Shown piece by piece: positions 29,948 to 40,041 of a stretch of 64,000 nucleotides of DNA; the stretch's first letter is position 1, and every line of letters begins with the position of its first letter. The notes beneath the pieces were generated by a model. The model was not told the DNA's origin, did no database searches, and saw only the letters and a program-made list of their open reading frames with translations. This stretch comes from an uncultured Planctomycetia bacterium. Its GTDB lineage: Bacteria; Omnitrophota; Gorgyraeia; Tantalellales; Tantalellaceae. Location of the stretch: positions 52,602 to 116,601 of the forward strand of contig CAZGOG010000001.1 in the NCBI GenBank assembly GCA_964527555.1, read 5' to 3'. The position numbers and the translations under genes are program-made.

Positions 29948-31006
29948 CTATTGGCCTTCGCTTTTGGGATTTTCTTCAGGCTTCTCCTGCCTCTCCTCTT
30001 TCTTCTCGTGATACCCCATAAGGTTAGCGAATATCATCCTGCCCGCCGAGGTCTGCAGTACGCTTGCAACAGTGACATTTATATTCTTACCGATGAACTT
30101 CCTGGCGTTATCTATGACGATCATGGTACCGTCATCCATAAAAGCGATACCCTGGTTCTTCTCTTTACCCTCTTTGCGGATATAAACGTTCATCTGTTCC
30201 CCCGGGAAGACCACCGGACGAAGCGCGTTCGCCAGGTCATTTATGTTAAGCACCCGCACCTCTTCAAGTTTTGCGACTTTATTGAGATTAAAATCGTTCG
30301 TAAGTACCTGGCAATCCAGGATCTGCGCCAGGCGGACGAGTTTGGCGTCAACCCCCTTGACTTCAGGCAGGCTTTCATCGTGGATTATGACTTCCGTGCC
30401 CTGGATCTTCTTTAACCTTTCCAGCATATCGAGCCCCCTGCGGCCCCTGTTGCGTTTAGCGGCATCGGAACTGTCGGCGATCTGCTGAAGTTCCTGAAGG
30501 ACGAACCTGGGGATGACGAGTTTGCCTTCCAGGAAATGCGACTCGCATATCCCGGCGATGCGGCCGTCTATAATGACGCTGGTATCAAGAATGACCAGCT
30601 GATCCTTGCGGTCTTCCCTCGTGAAACGCACATAAGGGATAACAAGATTAAACTCATCCTTCCCTTTGATGGCGATGACCATACCCAGATAACAGAAAAT
30701 AAGCGTAAAAGCTATCTGGAAAGCGGCATAAAATCCCTCTCCCATGGGTATCAAACGCAGTATCAGTGTCACCATCCACGCCATAAAAAAACCGAAGATA
30801 AGACCGAACGCCGCCGCCGAAAGATTGCGTAAAGAGACTCTTTTGAGGCGTATCTCCATCAGGATCAACAGCATACCTACGATAAATCCCGCCAGGGCGC
30901 CGACTATCGCCCCTTCCTTGGGCATTGTCGTAAGAAGCGGCCAGAAATAATAGCCGCAAACCGTACAGAGTATAAGAAAAAACACGCGAATATACTTTAT
31001 CGTCAT
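29948..31006 (-). CDS. PIN/TRAM-domain membrane protein (YacL-like)
   Basis: 352 aa with four N-terminal transmembrane helices, a PIN domain (LVILDTSVIIDGRI) and a C-terminal TRAM. It is syntenic with ispF, as yacL is in Bacillus. Confidence 0.75.
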   Translation of the reverse strand: MTIKYIRVFFLILCTVCGYYFWPLLTTMPKEGAIVGALAGFIVGMLLILMEIRLKRVSLRNLSAAAFGLIFGFFMAWMVTLILRLIPMGEGFYAAFQIAFTLIFCYLGMVIAIKGKDEFNLVIPYVRFTREDRKDQLVILDTSVIIDGRIAGICESHFLEGKLVIPRFVLQELQQIADSSDAAKRNRGRRGLDMLERLKKIQGTEVIIHDESLPEVKGVDAKLVRLAQILDCQVLTNDFNLNKVAKLEEVRVLNINDLANALRPVVFPGEQMNVYIRKEGKEKNQGIAFMDDGTMIVIDNARKFIGKNINVTVASVLQTSAGRMIFANLMGYHEKKEERQEKPEENPKSEGQ

Positions 31007-31031
31007 TATCTCACTTCCTTTCTGGCTTTAA

Positions 31032-31189
31032 ATGAATCTCCACGGACTTACGTCCGCCCTTTCATCTTTTTCGTCCCGTGGCGTCACAACTTCTCGAGAT
31101 ACGCCTTCGCGCCCGTGGTATTCCTTGCCCCAAGCGCCTCTTTATCACATTAGAGATTCATGGTGAGCAAGCGAAGCGCGCCGAACCAT
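31032..31189. repeat. Intergenic structured repeat, copy D (long subfamily)
   Basis: ATGAATCTCCACGGACTTACGTCCGCCC...GAGATTCATGGTGAGCAAGCGAAGCGCGCCGAACCATT. It lies between the mlaD stop and the yacL-like start. Confidence 0.8.
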
Positions 31190-31209
31190 TAACTTTATAT
31201 TCCCTCTTC

Positions 31210-31869
31210 TTATCTAGGAGAGACGGTTGTGCCACGCCCTCCTGAACTATCAGTGCCACTTCTTCGACTATCCTTTGTCCTTGTCAAAAGCTTCCACGGA
31301 TGAGCTCTTATATCGGCGACAAAGGCTTCCAGGTCGTCGTATATCTTCTCCTCTACAAGGAGCTTGCCGATAGTGCCTTCGCCTTCCGCGAGCCTTGCGA
31401 AAATTTCTTTTGCGTACTGGACGAGTTCGACCATGCTTTCCATCTGCATGCCCACATGTACTGGGTTTTTGCCTACTATGGTATCACCGCTTTTAAGAAA
31501 AACCGGCACCTCCCCCGGGGATATCTCAAGGTACTGCTCGCCCAGAAGACCCAGTGTGTTGATCCTGGCAACGGCGTCTAGCTCGATCTTCGCGTTGCCT
31601 TTCACCCAGACAAAGACTCGTACACGGGTCTTCTCGCTATCGGAAGTGCGGAATATCTCTATTTTTTTCACTTCACCCACGTGCACGCCCGCAAGCCTGA
31701 CAGGCGCATCCTCCGTCAGTCCGTTTACATAATCAAATATCACCTTGATATTGTAGCCCTTTTCAAACCCGTAAAAGTCGCCTATGGAAAAGACGATCAA
31801 AAACATCAGGAATATCCCTATCCCGATAAACAGCCCCACTTTCATCTCAAGTTTTTCGTCTCTGAACAT
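31210..31869 (-). CDS. mlaD: MCE/MlaD-family periplasmic lipid-binding protein
   Basis: 219 aa with an N-terminal transmembrane anchor and MCE domain. It lies downstream of mlaF-mlaE. Confidence 0.75.
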   Translation of the reverse strand: MFRDEKLEMKVGLFIGIGIFLMFLIVFSIGDFYGFEKGYNIKVIFDYVNGLTEDAPVRLAGVHVGEVKKIEIFRTSDSEKTRVRVFVWVKGNAKIELDAVARINTLGLLGEQYLEISPGEVPVFLKSGDTIVGKNPVHVGMQMESMVELVQYAKEIFARLAEGEGTIGKLLVEEKIYDDLEAFVADIRAHPWKLLTRTKDSRRSGTDSSGGRGTTVSPR

Positions 31870-31903
31870 ATGTCGCTCCTTGTCTTTTTATATTAACAAA
31901 AGA

Positions 31904-32650
31904 TCACGCGCTCATTATGGGTCCTTCGGCGCTACCTGTTATAAACTGTCTGACGATCGCATTTTTAGAATTCTTTATCTCCTCTGGCGTACCCACCTCG
32001 ATTATATGCCTGTCATAAAGCATCGCGATGCGGTCTGCTATCTCATAGGCGCTTTTCATGTCATGCGTGACAGTCACGGAAGTCGTCTTAAGCTTATCAT
32101 GGAGAGAACGTATAAGCTTATTTATGGTATCCCCCATTATGGGGTCGACTCCCGTCGTCGGCTCGTCAAAGAGTATGATCTCGGGAGACATGCTGATGGC
32201 CCTTGCAAGACCGACTCTTTTCTTCATGCCTCCGGAAAGCTCCGCGGGCTTTAAATCCTCTATCCCCGCCAGACCGACCATCGCAAGACACTCCCTCACG
32301 CGTTTTTCTATCTCTTTAAGCGACATGTCGGTGTATTCGATAAGCCCGAAACCCACGTTTTCCATTACGCTTAAGGAATCGAAGAGCGCCGCTCCCTGAA
32401 AAAGCATGCCGAATCTCATGCGCACTTTATCAAGTTCTCTGCTGTCAAGCTCTGTTATATCCGTATCGTCGATGATGACTCTGCCGGAATCGGGCCTAAT
32501 CAGTCCTATCATGTTCTTAAGCGAGACGCTCTTGCCGCAACCGCTCCTGCCGATTATGACCATCGATTCGCCCTTATTGATCTTAAGGTTCATGTTCTCA
32601 AGAACGATATTATCCCCGAAAGATTTGCATATATTGACCAGTTCAATCAT
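31904..32650 (-). CDS. mlaF: ABC transporter ATP-binding protein of the Mla system
   Basis: 248 aa with Walker A GRSGCGKS, signature LSGGMKKRVGLARA and Walker B ILFDEPT. Confidence 0.85.
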   Translation of the reverse strand: MIELVNICKSFGDNIVLENMNLKINKGESMVIIGRSGCGKSVSLKNMIGLIRPDSGRVIIDDTDITELDSRELDKVRMRFGMLFQGAALFDSLSVMENVGFGLIEYTDMSLKEIEKRVRECLAMVGLAGIEDLKPAELSGGMKKRVGLARAISMSPEIILFDEPTTGVDPIMGDTINKLIRSLHDKLKTTSVTVTHDMKSAYEIADRIAMLYDRHIIEVGTPEEIKNSKNAIVRQFITGSAEGPIMSA

Positions 32651-32663
32651 AAGTAAACTTTTT

Positions 32664-33473
32664 TTATCTTAGAATAAAGTAAAATAGCGCCGTAAAGAAA
32701 CAGTCCGCGATGATTATAAGTATGAAACTGCGCACGACACTCGAAGTGGTCGCCTTGCCCACGCCTTCAGCGCCGCCTTCGGAATTCAAACCCTCAAAAC
32801 AGGATATTACGCATATGATAATGGCGAACGAGACGCTCTTTATCAGCCCGGTCGTAACATCCTTTATGGCAAGCGGGTCCCATGTCATCTTCACATACAT
32901 CGAATGAGTTATATTGAGTTTTCCCACGCCTATGAGATATCCCCCGACCATGCCGAAGAAATCGGCAAATATCGTCAGTAGCGGCACCATGAACAGCAGC
33001 GCCAGGAACCTGGGGACCACCAGGTACCTCACGGGATTGGCCGAGAGCGTCTCCAAAGCCTCGATCTGTTCGGTGACTCTCATCGTACCGAGTTCCGCGG
33101 TTATCGCGGCGCCGCACCTTCCGGCAACGATTAACGCGGTTAAGACCGGCCCCAGTTCACGCGTCAAAGAAAGCGCAACGAGCGAAGCTATGTACATCTC
33201 GGCGCCGACCTTCTGCATCTGGTACGCGCTTTGAAGCGCCAGTACCATACCCGTAAAAAGACTTATAAGAAAGATTATCGGGAAAGAAGCGACACCGATC
33301 TTGTTCATCTGCTCCAGCGTCTGCCATTTGCGAAGGCGCGAGGTGAACGTCCAGAACACGGTCTGGCCCAGCAGCACCATAAGCCCGCCCGTATAAAGAA
33401 AAAGTTTACGGATGCGTCCTTCGACGTATCTTACCAGTCTCATAAAAAGTTTTTTAGCCTGATTTAAATCCAT
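32664..33473 (-). CDS. mlaE: ABC transporter permease of the Mla system
   Basis: 269 aa polytopic permease of the MlaE/YrbE family. Confidence 0.85.
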   Translation of the reverse strand: MDLNQAKKLFMRLVRYVEGRIRKLFLYTGGLMVLLGQTVFWTFTSRLRKWQTLEQMNKIGVASFPIIFLISLFTGMVLALQSAYQMQKVGAEMYIASLVALSLTRELGPVLTALIVAGRCGAAITAELGTMRVTEQIEALETLSANPVRYLVVPRFLALLFMVPLLTIFADFFGMVGGYLIGVGKLNITHSMYVKMTWDPLAIKDVTTGLIKSVSFAIIICVISCFEGLNSEGGAEGVGKATTSSVVRSFILIIIADCFFTALFYFILR

Positions 33474-33475
33474 GA

Positions 33476-34990
33476 TTAAAAATGCACTTTGTGTTCTACC
33501 CCCATAAAATCATCATCATCCTCAAAATCGACTTTTAAACTGTTATAGGCATCCAGTTTGTACTTGAGGCTCACTTCCCTGTCGGTGCGGCCTTCTCCCG
33601 CGATCTGGTCCTGGATAGCGTCGTCTTCGATGGTCGTGGAAAAAACGATCCTGTCTTTACTGGCTTCCACTCTACCGCCTTTTTCCTCTTTGGCTATCTG
33701 CCAGTTTTCCCATACGGCGACCTTGTTATCCGTATCGAAAAGAACCCCCTCAAAGGTTTTGCCTTCTCTGAATTTAGAAAAGTCCATTTCACCGGCTATA
33801 ATAATATTCCCGCATTCTTTAACGGCACGCGCGTCGACCACCCTGACGACGGGCAGTTTCCCTTTAAGGCTGGCAAAGACGGACTTAAACTGCATCTCAC
33901 CCATAATGCCTTCCGCGATATACAGCCGGCCGTCCACCCTGGCTTCCTTTAGCGGCCCGATAAAGACTATCTCTCCATCGACCTTTCCGGAGAGAGGCTC
34001 ATTCGCTCTTCCGAACATCTCGGTGACATCCTCAAGTTGCAGAGACTTGAACAGAAGTTTTATATCCGCCGGGTAAGGTTCTTTCGCGGCCACCTTCCCC
34101 TGAAAGATAATACCCTTACCCCAGGCGACTTCATCAAGAAAAACCGTCTTGTCACGGGGATCAAATCTCGCTTTGGCTTTAAAATCCCAAAGCGGCATCT
34201 TGTTGACAAGCAGGTTCTCGCATCTTACGGAAAACTCCGGAAGCTCCGAATCCCTGTAATCCAGCCAGAAGTCGCCGATGATCTCCGGACCCAGCACGCT
34301 CACCTTGTCCAGGCGGGAGTAAACCCGTATATCTCCGGTCTCCTCGATGGCTCCGGAGATCTTGACCAGTCCCTTCCTGTCTTCAAGCGGCGTAAACTCA
34401 AGACTTAATTCCCTGTTTTGGGGGGCTAAAATACCCGTGACTTTTAATTTCCCGTCCCAGAGAAGATCACAATCGTAGCTTGAATCCTCCCTCTTCATAA
34501 AAACGCCTTTAACCCCGCGCCGCCTCTCCTTCCCGAATAATAGCGGGGAGACGTGTCCCACTATTTCTATCCTGTCGGGATAGCTGTAAAGCTTTAGAAA
34601 CCCCCGCAGGAAAGGATTCTCCCTGCTGAAATACATCCCTATGTATTTTAAAGTATGCTCCTGGCCTCTGGCGAGCCCGAGTTTCTCAAGTATAGCGCTC
34701 CATATGCGGTAAGATATCTCCATCCTCTCCAGGCGGAAGACCTTGTCTTCCTGATCGCCTTTGGCATAAAACGCAACATCCTGCAGCGTCATATCCCAGA
34801 ACAGCCCCCCGTTTATACTGCCTATCTCGACAGTGAGTTTATCGCCCATGAAGTCTTCGACTTTGCGTGTGGCATAGTCTCTTACCCAATGCATCTGGCT
34901 GAATCCCAGAAAGTACACGACTGAAAGCCCCATCGCAACGGCTAAAAGGCGCTTTTTCCTGTGTTTGTAGACAATGCCCCTCATAGTCAA
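33476..34990 (-). CDS. Hypothetical membrane-anchored protein (possibly AsmA/TamB-like) coupled to mlaFED
   Basis: 504 aa with a single N-terminal transmembrane helix followed by a long, apparently beta-rich domain and no catalytic motif. There is a 2-nt gap to mlaE upstream. Confidence 0.6.
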   Translation of the reverse strand: MTMRGIVYKHRKKRLLAVAMGLSVVYFLGFSQMHWVRDYATRKVEDFMGDKLTVEIGSINGGLFWDMTLQDVAFYAKGDQEDKVFRLERMEISYRIWSAILEKLGLARGQEHTLKYIGMYFSRENPFLRGFLKLYSYPDRIEIVGHVSPLLFGKERRRGVKGVFMKREDSSYDCDLLWDGKLKVTGILAPQNRELSLEFTPLEDRKGLVKISGAIEETGDIRVYSRLDKVSVLGPEIIGDFWLDYRDSELPEFSVRCENLLVNKMPLWDFKAKARFDPRDKTVFLDEVAWGKGIIFQGKVAAKEPYPADIKLLFKSLQLEDVTEMFGRANEPLSGKVDGEIVFIGPLKEARVDGRLYIAEGIMGEMQFKSVFASLKGKLPVVRVVDARAVKECGNIIIAGEMDFSKFREGKTFEGVLFDTDNKVAVWENWQIAKEEKGGRVEASKDRIVFSTTIEDDAIQDQIAGEGRTDREVSLKYKLDAYNSLKVDFEDDDDFMGVEHKVHF

Positions 34991-35028
34991 AAACCTTCTC
35001 TTCCCCGGGGAGTGATTACGCTTAAGAT

Positions 35029-37503
35029 CTATCCCCGGCTTTCAACGGGTTCGCTTATAAACTTGAGTTCCTCTTTACCCTCAGGGTATGTCACCCTGAT
35101 TATAGAACCAGCCTTGAAAGAACCTCCCAGTATCTCCTCCGCAAGAGGATTCTCCAGGTACCTCTGTATGGTTCTTTTAAGGGGGCGCGCGCCGAAAATC
35201 TTGTCAAACCCTTTATCGATAAGGAAGTCCTTTGCCGTATCATCAAGCATGATATCAACATCTTTTTCCTTGAGCCGGTCCTGCACTTCCTTGATCTCTA
35301 TCTCGACAATATGCTTCAGGTCTTCTCTGCTTAAACTCCTGAATACGATGACGTCGTCCACGCGGTTCAGGAACTCCGGCTTAAAAGTCTTTTTGACTTC
35401 CTCCAGTAGGCGTTCTTTCATCTGGTGGTAACTCTCCTCCTCCTTCTGGGTCTTGAAGCCGATGGCACCGGCCTTCTTCAGAAGGTTCGCCCCTATATTG
35501 GAAGTCATGATAAGTATGGTATTCTTGAAACTGACCTTCCTTCCGTAAGAATCGGTAAGGCGTCCCTCGTCCAGAAGCTGAAGGAGGATATTGAATACGT
35601 CCGGATGGGCCTTCTCTATCTCGTCCAAGAGCACCACCGCATAAGGCCTTCTTCTGACTTTTTCAGTGAGCTGCCCGCCTTCTTCATAGCCGACATATCC
35701 CGGAGGAGCTCCGACGAGTCTCGAGACGTTGAATTTTTCCATGTATTCTGACATATCGATCTGTATGATCGCGTCCTCATCGCCGAACATCACCTCGGCA
35801 AGTTTCTGGCCGAGCAGAGTCTTGCCTACACCGGTGGGTCCCATGAAAATGAACGTGCCTATGGGCCTGTTCGGGTCCTTGATGCCCGCACGGGAACGCC
35901 TGACAGCATGAGCTATGGCGCTTATCGCCTCGTCCTGGCCGATGACCCTTTCCCTAAGGCTCTGCTCGAGCTTCAGATACTTCTCGGATTCCTTCTCTTC
36001 CACTTTCACCAGGGGTATGCCAGTCCAGTTGGAGACGATCGTCGCGATATCATCCTCATCGACGACTATTTCTTTCCGGGTCTGTCCGCTCTTCCATTCC
36101 TGGCGTTTTTTATCGAGTTCTTCCCGGGCCTTTCTTTCGGAATCCCTGAAACGTGCCGCTTTCTCGAAATCCTGGTTCTTGACGGCCACTTCCTTTTCGC
36201 GTTTAGCCTCTTCTATTTTTTTCTCAGCGTTTTTTACCTCCTCCGGCATCACCATGGTGGAAAGTTTCGCCCTCGAGCCCGCTTCGTCTATGAGGTCAAT
36301 CGCTTTATCCGGCAGAAAACGCCCGCTGATATACTGGTCAGACATCTTTGCCGCGGCTTCCAGCGCTTTATCCGTAAACTTCACTTTATGATGGGCTTCG
36401 TACTTGTCGCGAAGCCCTTTAAGTATCGCGATCGTCTCGGGCACGCTGGGCGGGTCGACCGTAACCGGCTGAAACCGTCTTTCCAACGCGGGATCTTTCT
36501 CTATGTTCTTGCGGTATTCGTCAAGGGTAGTGGCGCCTATACACTGTATGTCACCCCTCTGGAGCGAGGGTTTCATGATGTTGGAAGCATCTATCGCGCC
36601 CTCCGCGCCGCCGGCGCCCACCAAGGTGTGTATCTCGTCTATGAAGACAATTACTTCCGGACTTTCGGTTATCTCTTTCATGACGGCTTTGATGCGTTCC
36701 TCGAACTGGCCCCTGTACTTGGTACCCGCTATCATCATGGCAAGGTCCAGTATTAAGAGCCTTTTTCCTTTAAGCGTCTCGGGCACGTCCCCGGCGATGA
36801 TCTTCTGCGCGAGCCCCTCAACGATAGCCGTCTTGCCGACGCCTGCCTCACCTATAAGAACGGGATTATTCTTCTTGCGTCTGCTTAATATCTGTATCAC
36901 ACGCTGTATTTCCTTCTCGCGGCCTATTACGGGATCAAGCTGATCCTGTTTCGCCATTTCCGTGAGGTCGCGCGCGAAAGAATCCATAGCGGGAGTCTTG
37001 GTCTTCTTCTTGGGTTTGACGCCGCCCGTCCCGCCGCCGGAGGCCGTATAATCAGGGAAAGACGATCCTAGTAGATTAAGAACCTCGTCTCTTACGATCT
37101 TTAAGTCCAGCCCCATATTAATAAGCACCTGGCTTGCTACCCCGTCGCCTTCACGTATGAGTCCCAAGAGCAGATGCTCCGTCCCGATATAGTTATGCCC
37201 CAGGTTGCGCGCTTCATCCATGGCAAGCTCAATAACTTTCTTGGCTCTCGGCGTAAAAGGTATGTCAGCCGCCGTTATCTGGCCTTCGCCGGGCTGGATG
37301 AGTTTTTCGATTTCGCGCTTTATATTATCCGCGTCAAGGCCGAGACTATTGAGCACTGCCGCCGCTACGCCTTCGCCCTCTTTGACCAGTCCCAACAGTA
37401 TATGCTCAGTCCCGATATAATCATGGTTAAGTCTTCTTGCTTCCTCCTTCGCTAAAAGGATTACTTTTCTTGCTCTTTCAGTGAACCTGTTAAATGCAGG
37501 CAT
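35029..37503 (-). CDS. clpC: ATP-dependent Clp protease ATP-binding subunit ClpC
   Basis: 824 aa with two Clp N repeats, two AAA+ modules (GEAGVGKT, GPTGVGKT) and a UVR motif. Confidence 0.9.
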   Translation of the reverse strand: MPAFNRFTERARKVILLAKEEARRLNHDYIGTEHILLGLVKEGEGVAAAVLNSLGLDADNIKREIEKLIQPGEGQITAADIPFTPRAKKVIELAMDEARNLGHNYIGTEHLLLGLIREGDGVASQVLINMGLDLKIVRDEVLNLLGSSFPDYTASGGGTGGVKPKKKTKTPAMDSFARDLTEMAKQDQLDPVIGREKEIQRVIQILSRRKKNNPVLIGEAGVGKTAIVEGLAQKIIAGDVPETLKGKRLLILDLAMMIAGTKYRGQFEERIKAVMKEITESPEVIVFIDEIHTLVGAGGAEGAIDASNIMKPSLQRGDIQCIGATTLDEYRKNIEKDPALERRFQPVTVDPPSVPETIAILKGLRDKYEAHHKVKFTDKALEAAAKMSDQYISGRFLPDKAIDLIDEAGSRAKLSTMVMPEEVKNAEKKIEEAKREKEVAVKNQDFEKAARFRDSERKAREELDKKRQEWKSGQTRKEIVVDEDDIATIVSNWTGIPLVKVEEKESEKYLKLEQSLRERVIGQDEAISAIAHAVRRSRAGIKDPNRPIGTFIFMGPTGVGKTLLGQKLAEVMFGDEDAIIQIDMSEYMEKFNVSRLVGAPPGYVGYEEGGQLTEKVRRRPYAVVLLDEIEKAHPDVFNILLQLLDEGRLTDSYGRKVSFKNTILIMTSNIGANLLKKAGAIGFKTQKEEESYHQMKERLLEEVKKTFKPEFLNRVDDVIVFRSLSREDLKHIVEIEIKEVQDRLKEKDVDIMLDDTAKDFLIDKGFDKIFGARPLKRTIQRYLENPLAEEILGGSFKAGSIIRVTYPEGKEELKFISEPVESRG

Positions 37504-37544
37504 TACTATTCCTCCTCCTATTCGTCTCTAAGTTTTAGAGCCCG

Positions 37545-38597
37545 TTAATTTACTCCCAGTTTTTCTCTTACAAGATCGGCCCTCTTTATATCGCGTTCAT
37601 ACGGCGGCAATTCTTTACCGCTTATCTTCTGAAGATGCGCCGGCTGCGTCAAAAGAAGCACCTCGTTGATCTTTACCGCATCAAGATCTTTTATAAGTCC
37701 CAGCTCAGCCCCAAGCCGCACCGCCGAGAGAAGCTTTATCGTCTCGCTTGATGTAATGATCCTCGCGCTTTTAAGCGTCCCGTACGAACGGTGCACTCTG
37801 TCGGATATCTCCTGTTTCCGTTTCGTGATCAGCATGTTCCTCGTCTCTTCTTCCTTGGTTATAACCTTGTGCACTATCCTTTCGAGGTTATCGAGTATAT
37901 CTGTCTCGGAATGGCCCATGGCTACCTGGTTGGAGACCTGGAAAAAATCGCCCAACGCCTCAGTGCCTTCCCCGTAGAACCCGCGCATGGTAAGCCCCAG
38001 TTTGCTGATAGCCTCGAAGACGTTCTCAACCTGTCCGGTCATCGCCAGCGCCGATAAGTGCAGCATAACCGAAGCCCTCAGTCCCGTACCCGTATTCGTC
38101 GGGCAGCTCGTAAGATACCCGAACTTGTTCGAAAAATCAAAGGAAACCAGCTGGGAAAGCTCGCTGTCTATCTCGTCCGCAAGGCGCCACGCTTCCATGA
38201 CATCAAACCCGGACTTAAGCACCTGGAGGCGCAGGTGGTCTTCCTCGTTAAGCATGGCGCTGACTATTTCTTTCTCCTCCACGACGAGCCCCTTATGGTC
38301 GGTCTTCTCTACATGGTCCTTGCTCATAAGGTGCCGTTCCACCAGAAAATATCTGTCCAGCTCGGTCGTCGCGCTTATCCTGAAAAAAACAGCCTTTTTA
38401 AGATACTTGCTTTTCTTGATGGCGCCCTCAAGTTTTTTCAGCGTCTCTTCCCTCTCTTTGTCGGAAGCGCGATCGAAATAGATGCGCCCTTCGATGTTCC
38501 TGGCAAGCCTCACACGCGTGGATAGGGCTATATCCGATTTGGGCCCCTCTCCTTTAAGCCATTCAGTTCTTTTATTTGCAAAGTCATCTATCTTCAT
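37545..38597 (-). CDS. mcsB: Protein arginine kinase McsB
   Basis: 350 aa phosphagen-kinase fold with CPTNTGTGLRASVMLHL. Confidence 0.85.
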   Translation of the reverse strand: MKIDDFANKRTEWLKGEGPKSDIALSTRVRLARNIEGRIYFDRASDKEREETLKKLEGAIKKSKYLKKAVFFRISATTELDRYFLVERHLMSKDHVEKTDHKGLVVEEKEIVSAMLNEEDHLRLQVLKSGFDVMEAWRLADEIDSELSQLVSFDFSNKFGYLTSCPTNTGTGLRASVMLHLSALAMTGQVENVFEAISKLGLTMRGFYGEGTEALGDFFQVSNQVAMGHSETDILDNLERIVHKVITKEEETRNMLITKRKQEISDRVHRSYGTLKSARIITSSETIKLLSAVRLGAELGLIKDLDAVKINEVLLLTQPAHLQKISGKELPPYERDIKRADLVREKLGVN

Positions 38598-38618
38598 TAT
38601 TCACCTTATGTCTAGAAG

Positions 38619-39122
38619 CTACCCCAGTTTTTCCTCAAGATCCTTTATCCTGTCCCTTAAAACCGCCGCTTTCTCAAACTCCTCCATGCGTATAAGTTCA
38701 TCGAGTTCATTCTTGAGACGCCCCAGGTCCTTTTGGTCTTCAAGCATCTTCTCTCCCTTAAAAGGCATCTTCCCTACATGTTTATCCGAGCCGTGTATCT
38801 TCCTGAGCAGCATACTCAGCTCCCTGCTGAAAGTATCATAACATTTCCCGCACCCGAGTCTTCCGGCCTGCTGGAAATCGTAGTAAGTGAGCCCGCATTT
38901 GGGGCACTTAAGCTTCGTCCCGCCTTTAATCTTTTCCCCTGCTATAGAGGGCCCGAAAGTCATCAGTCCCGAAAGCAGGTCCGTAAGACCGAAATGCGAC
39001 TGCATCTCTTCGCTCTTCGTCTTGGCGCACTTCTCGCAAAGATGGAGTTTCGTGACTTTATCGTTAATCACCTCGGTAAGATGAACTGTCGCCTCTTCTT
39101 TTCCGCAGACATCACATTTCAT
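38619..39122 (-). CDS. mcsA: McsA (UvrB/UvrC-motif zinc-finger activator of McsB)
   Basis: 167 aa with two CxxC pairs (CDVCGK...CEKC; CPKCG...CGKC) and a C-terminal UVR motif. Confidence 0.8.
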   Translation of the reverse strand: MKCDVCGKEEATVHLTEVINDKVTKLHLCEKCAKTKSEEMQSHFGLTDLLSGLMTFGPSIAGEKIKGGTKLKCPKCGLTYYDFQQAGRLGCGKCYDTFSRELSMLLRKIHGSDKHVGKMPFKGEKMLEDQKDLGRLKNELDELIRMEEFEKAAVLRDRIKDLEEKLG

Positions 39123-39134
39123 TGTTTTTGCCCT

Positions 39135-40007
39135 CTAGTATTCTAATCCCTCTGTCTCGGTGAGCTTCTGGTAATCCGCGCGAAGAGTCTGAGTCATCTC
39201 ACCCGGTGATCCCGGACCGATGAATCTCTCCCCTATTTTTATCACAGGTATGATCTCGGCGGCGGTACCGGTCAGGAAACATTCATCCGCTTCGAAAACC
39301 TCTTCGGGAAACATCTTCTTAAACTCAGTTTTAATGCCTCTTTTCTCGGCAAGCTCGATGACGGTGTCCTGAGTCACGCCTTCAAGAGCGCCAAGATCAG
39401 CCGGCGGAGTGAGGAGCTTACCGTCCTTTACGATAAAAATATTGTCACCGGTACACTCGACGACATATCCGTCAAGGCTGAGCATAAGGGCTTCGGGCAC
39501 TCCCGCGTCCGTCGCCTCTATCCTGGCAAGAATGTTGTTGAGATAATTCAGGCTCTTGATCCTGGGATCCAGCGTTATCGGGTGATTGCGCCTGGTCTGG
39601 GCGACGACTATCGACAGTCCCTTTTTATAAAGTTCCTCGGGATAGAGCGCTATCTTATCCGCGATGATAAAAATAGTAGGTTTTTTGCATTTACGCGGAT
39701 CAAGACCGAGGTCCCCCACGCCCCTGGTGACAACGGCGCGGATATACGCGTCGTCAAGATCGTTTATCCGGAGAGTCTCGAGGATTTTCTCCTGGAAATC
39801 CTTTTCATCCATGGGGATCTTGAGGCTTATGGCACACGCGCTTTCATAGAGGCGGTCCATATGCTCCTGAAGCCGGAAGACTCTTCTATTATACGACCTT
39901 ATCCCCTCAAATACGCCGTCGCCGTAAAGAAGCCCGTGATCAAAAATAGAGACCTTGGCGTCTTTACTGTCAACGAACTTGCCGTCGATAAAAACCTTAA
40001 AAGCCAT
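39135..40007 (-). CDS. ilvE: Branched-chain amino acid aminotransferase (class IV)
   Basis: 290 aa with FDHGLLYGDGVFEG and ECFLTGTAAEI motifs. Confidence 0.85.
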   Translation of the reverse strand: MAFKVFIDGKFVDSKDAKVSIFDHGLLYGDGVFEGIRSYNRRVFRLQEHMDRLYESACAISLKIPMDEKDFQEKILETLRINDLDDAYIRAVVTRGVGDLGLDPRKCKKPTIFIIADKIALYPEELYKKGLSIVVAQTRRNHPITLDPRIKSLNYLNNILARIEATDAGVPEALMLSLDGYVVECTGDNIFIVKDGKLLTPPADLGALEGVTQDTVIELAEKRGIKTEFKKMFPEEVFEADECFLTGTAAEIIPVIKIGERFIGPGSPGEMTQTLRADYQKLTETEGLEY

Positions 40008-40041
40008 ACTTACCTCTTCCTTTTTAGTTTGCCCGGAAAAC

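Noticed and set aside
35908-36756. Numerous long plus-strand ORFs antisense to minus-strand genes (for example 35908-36756, 44659-45597, 12361-13326 and 60156-60944).
   Set aside because: They lie entirely within well-supported minus-strand genes (clpC, ligA, ilvC, secA), have no RBS or homology, and show low-complexity Ser/Leu/Arg-rich translations typical of shadow ORFs.
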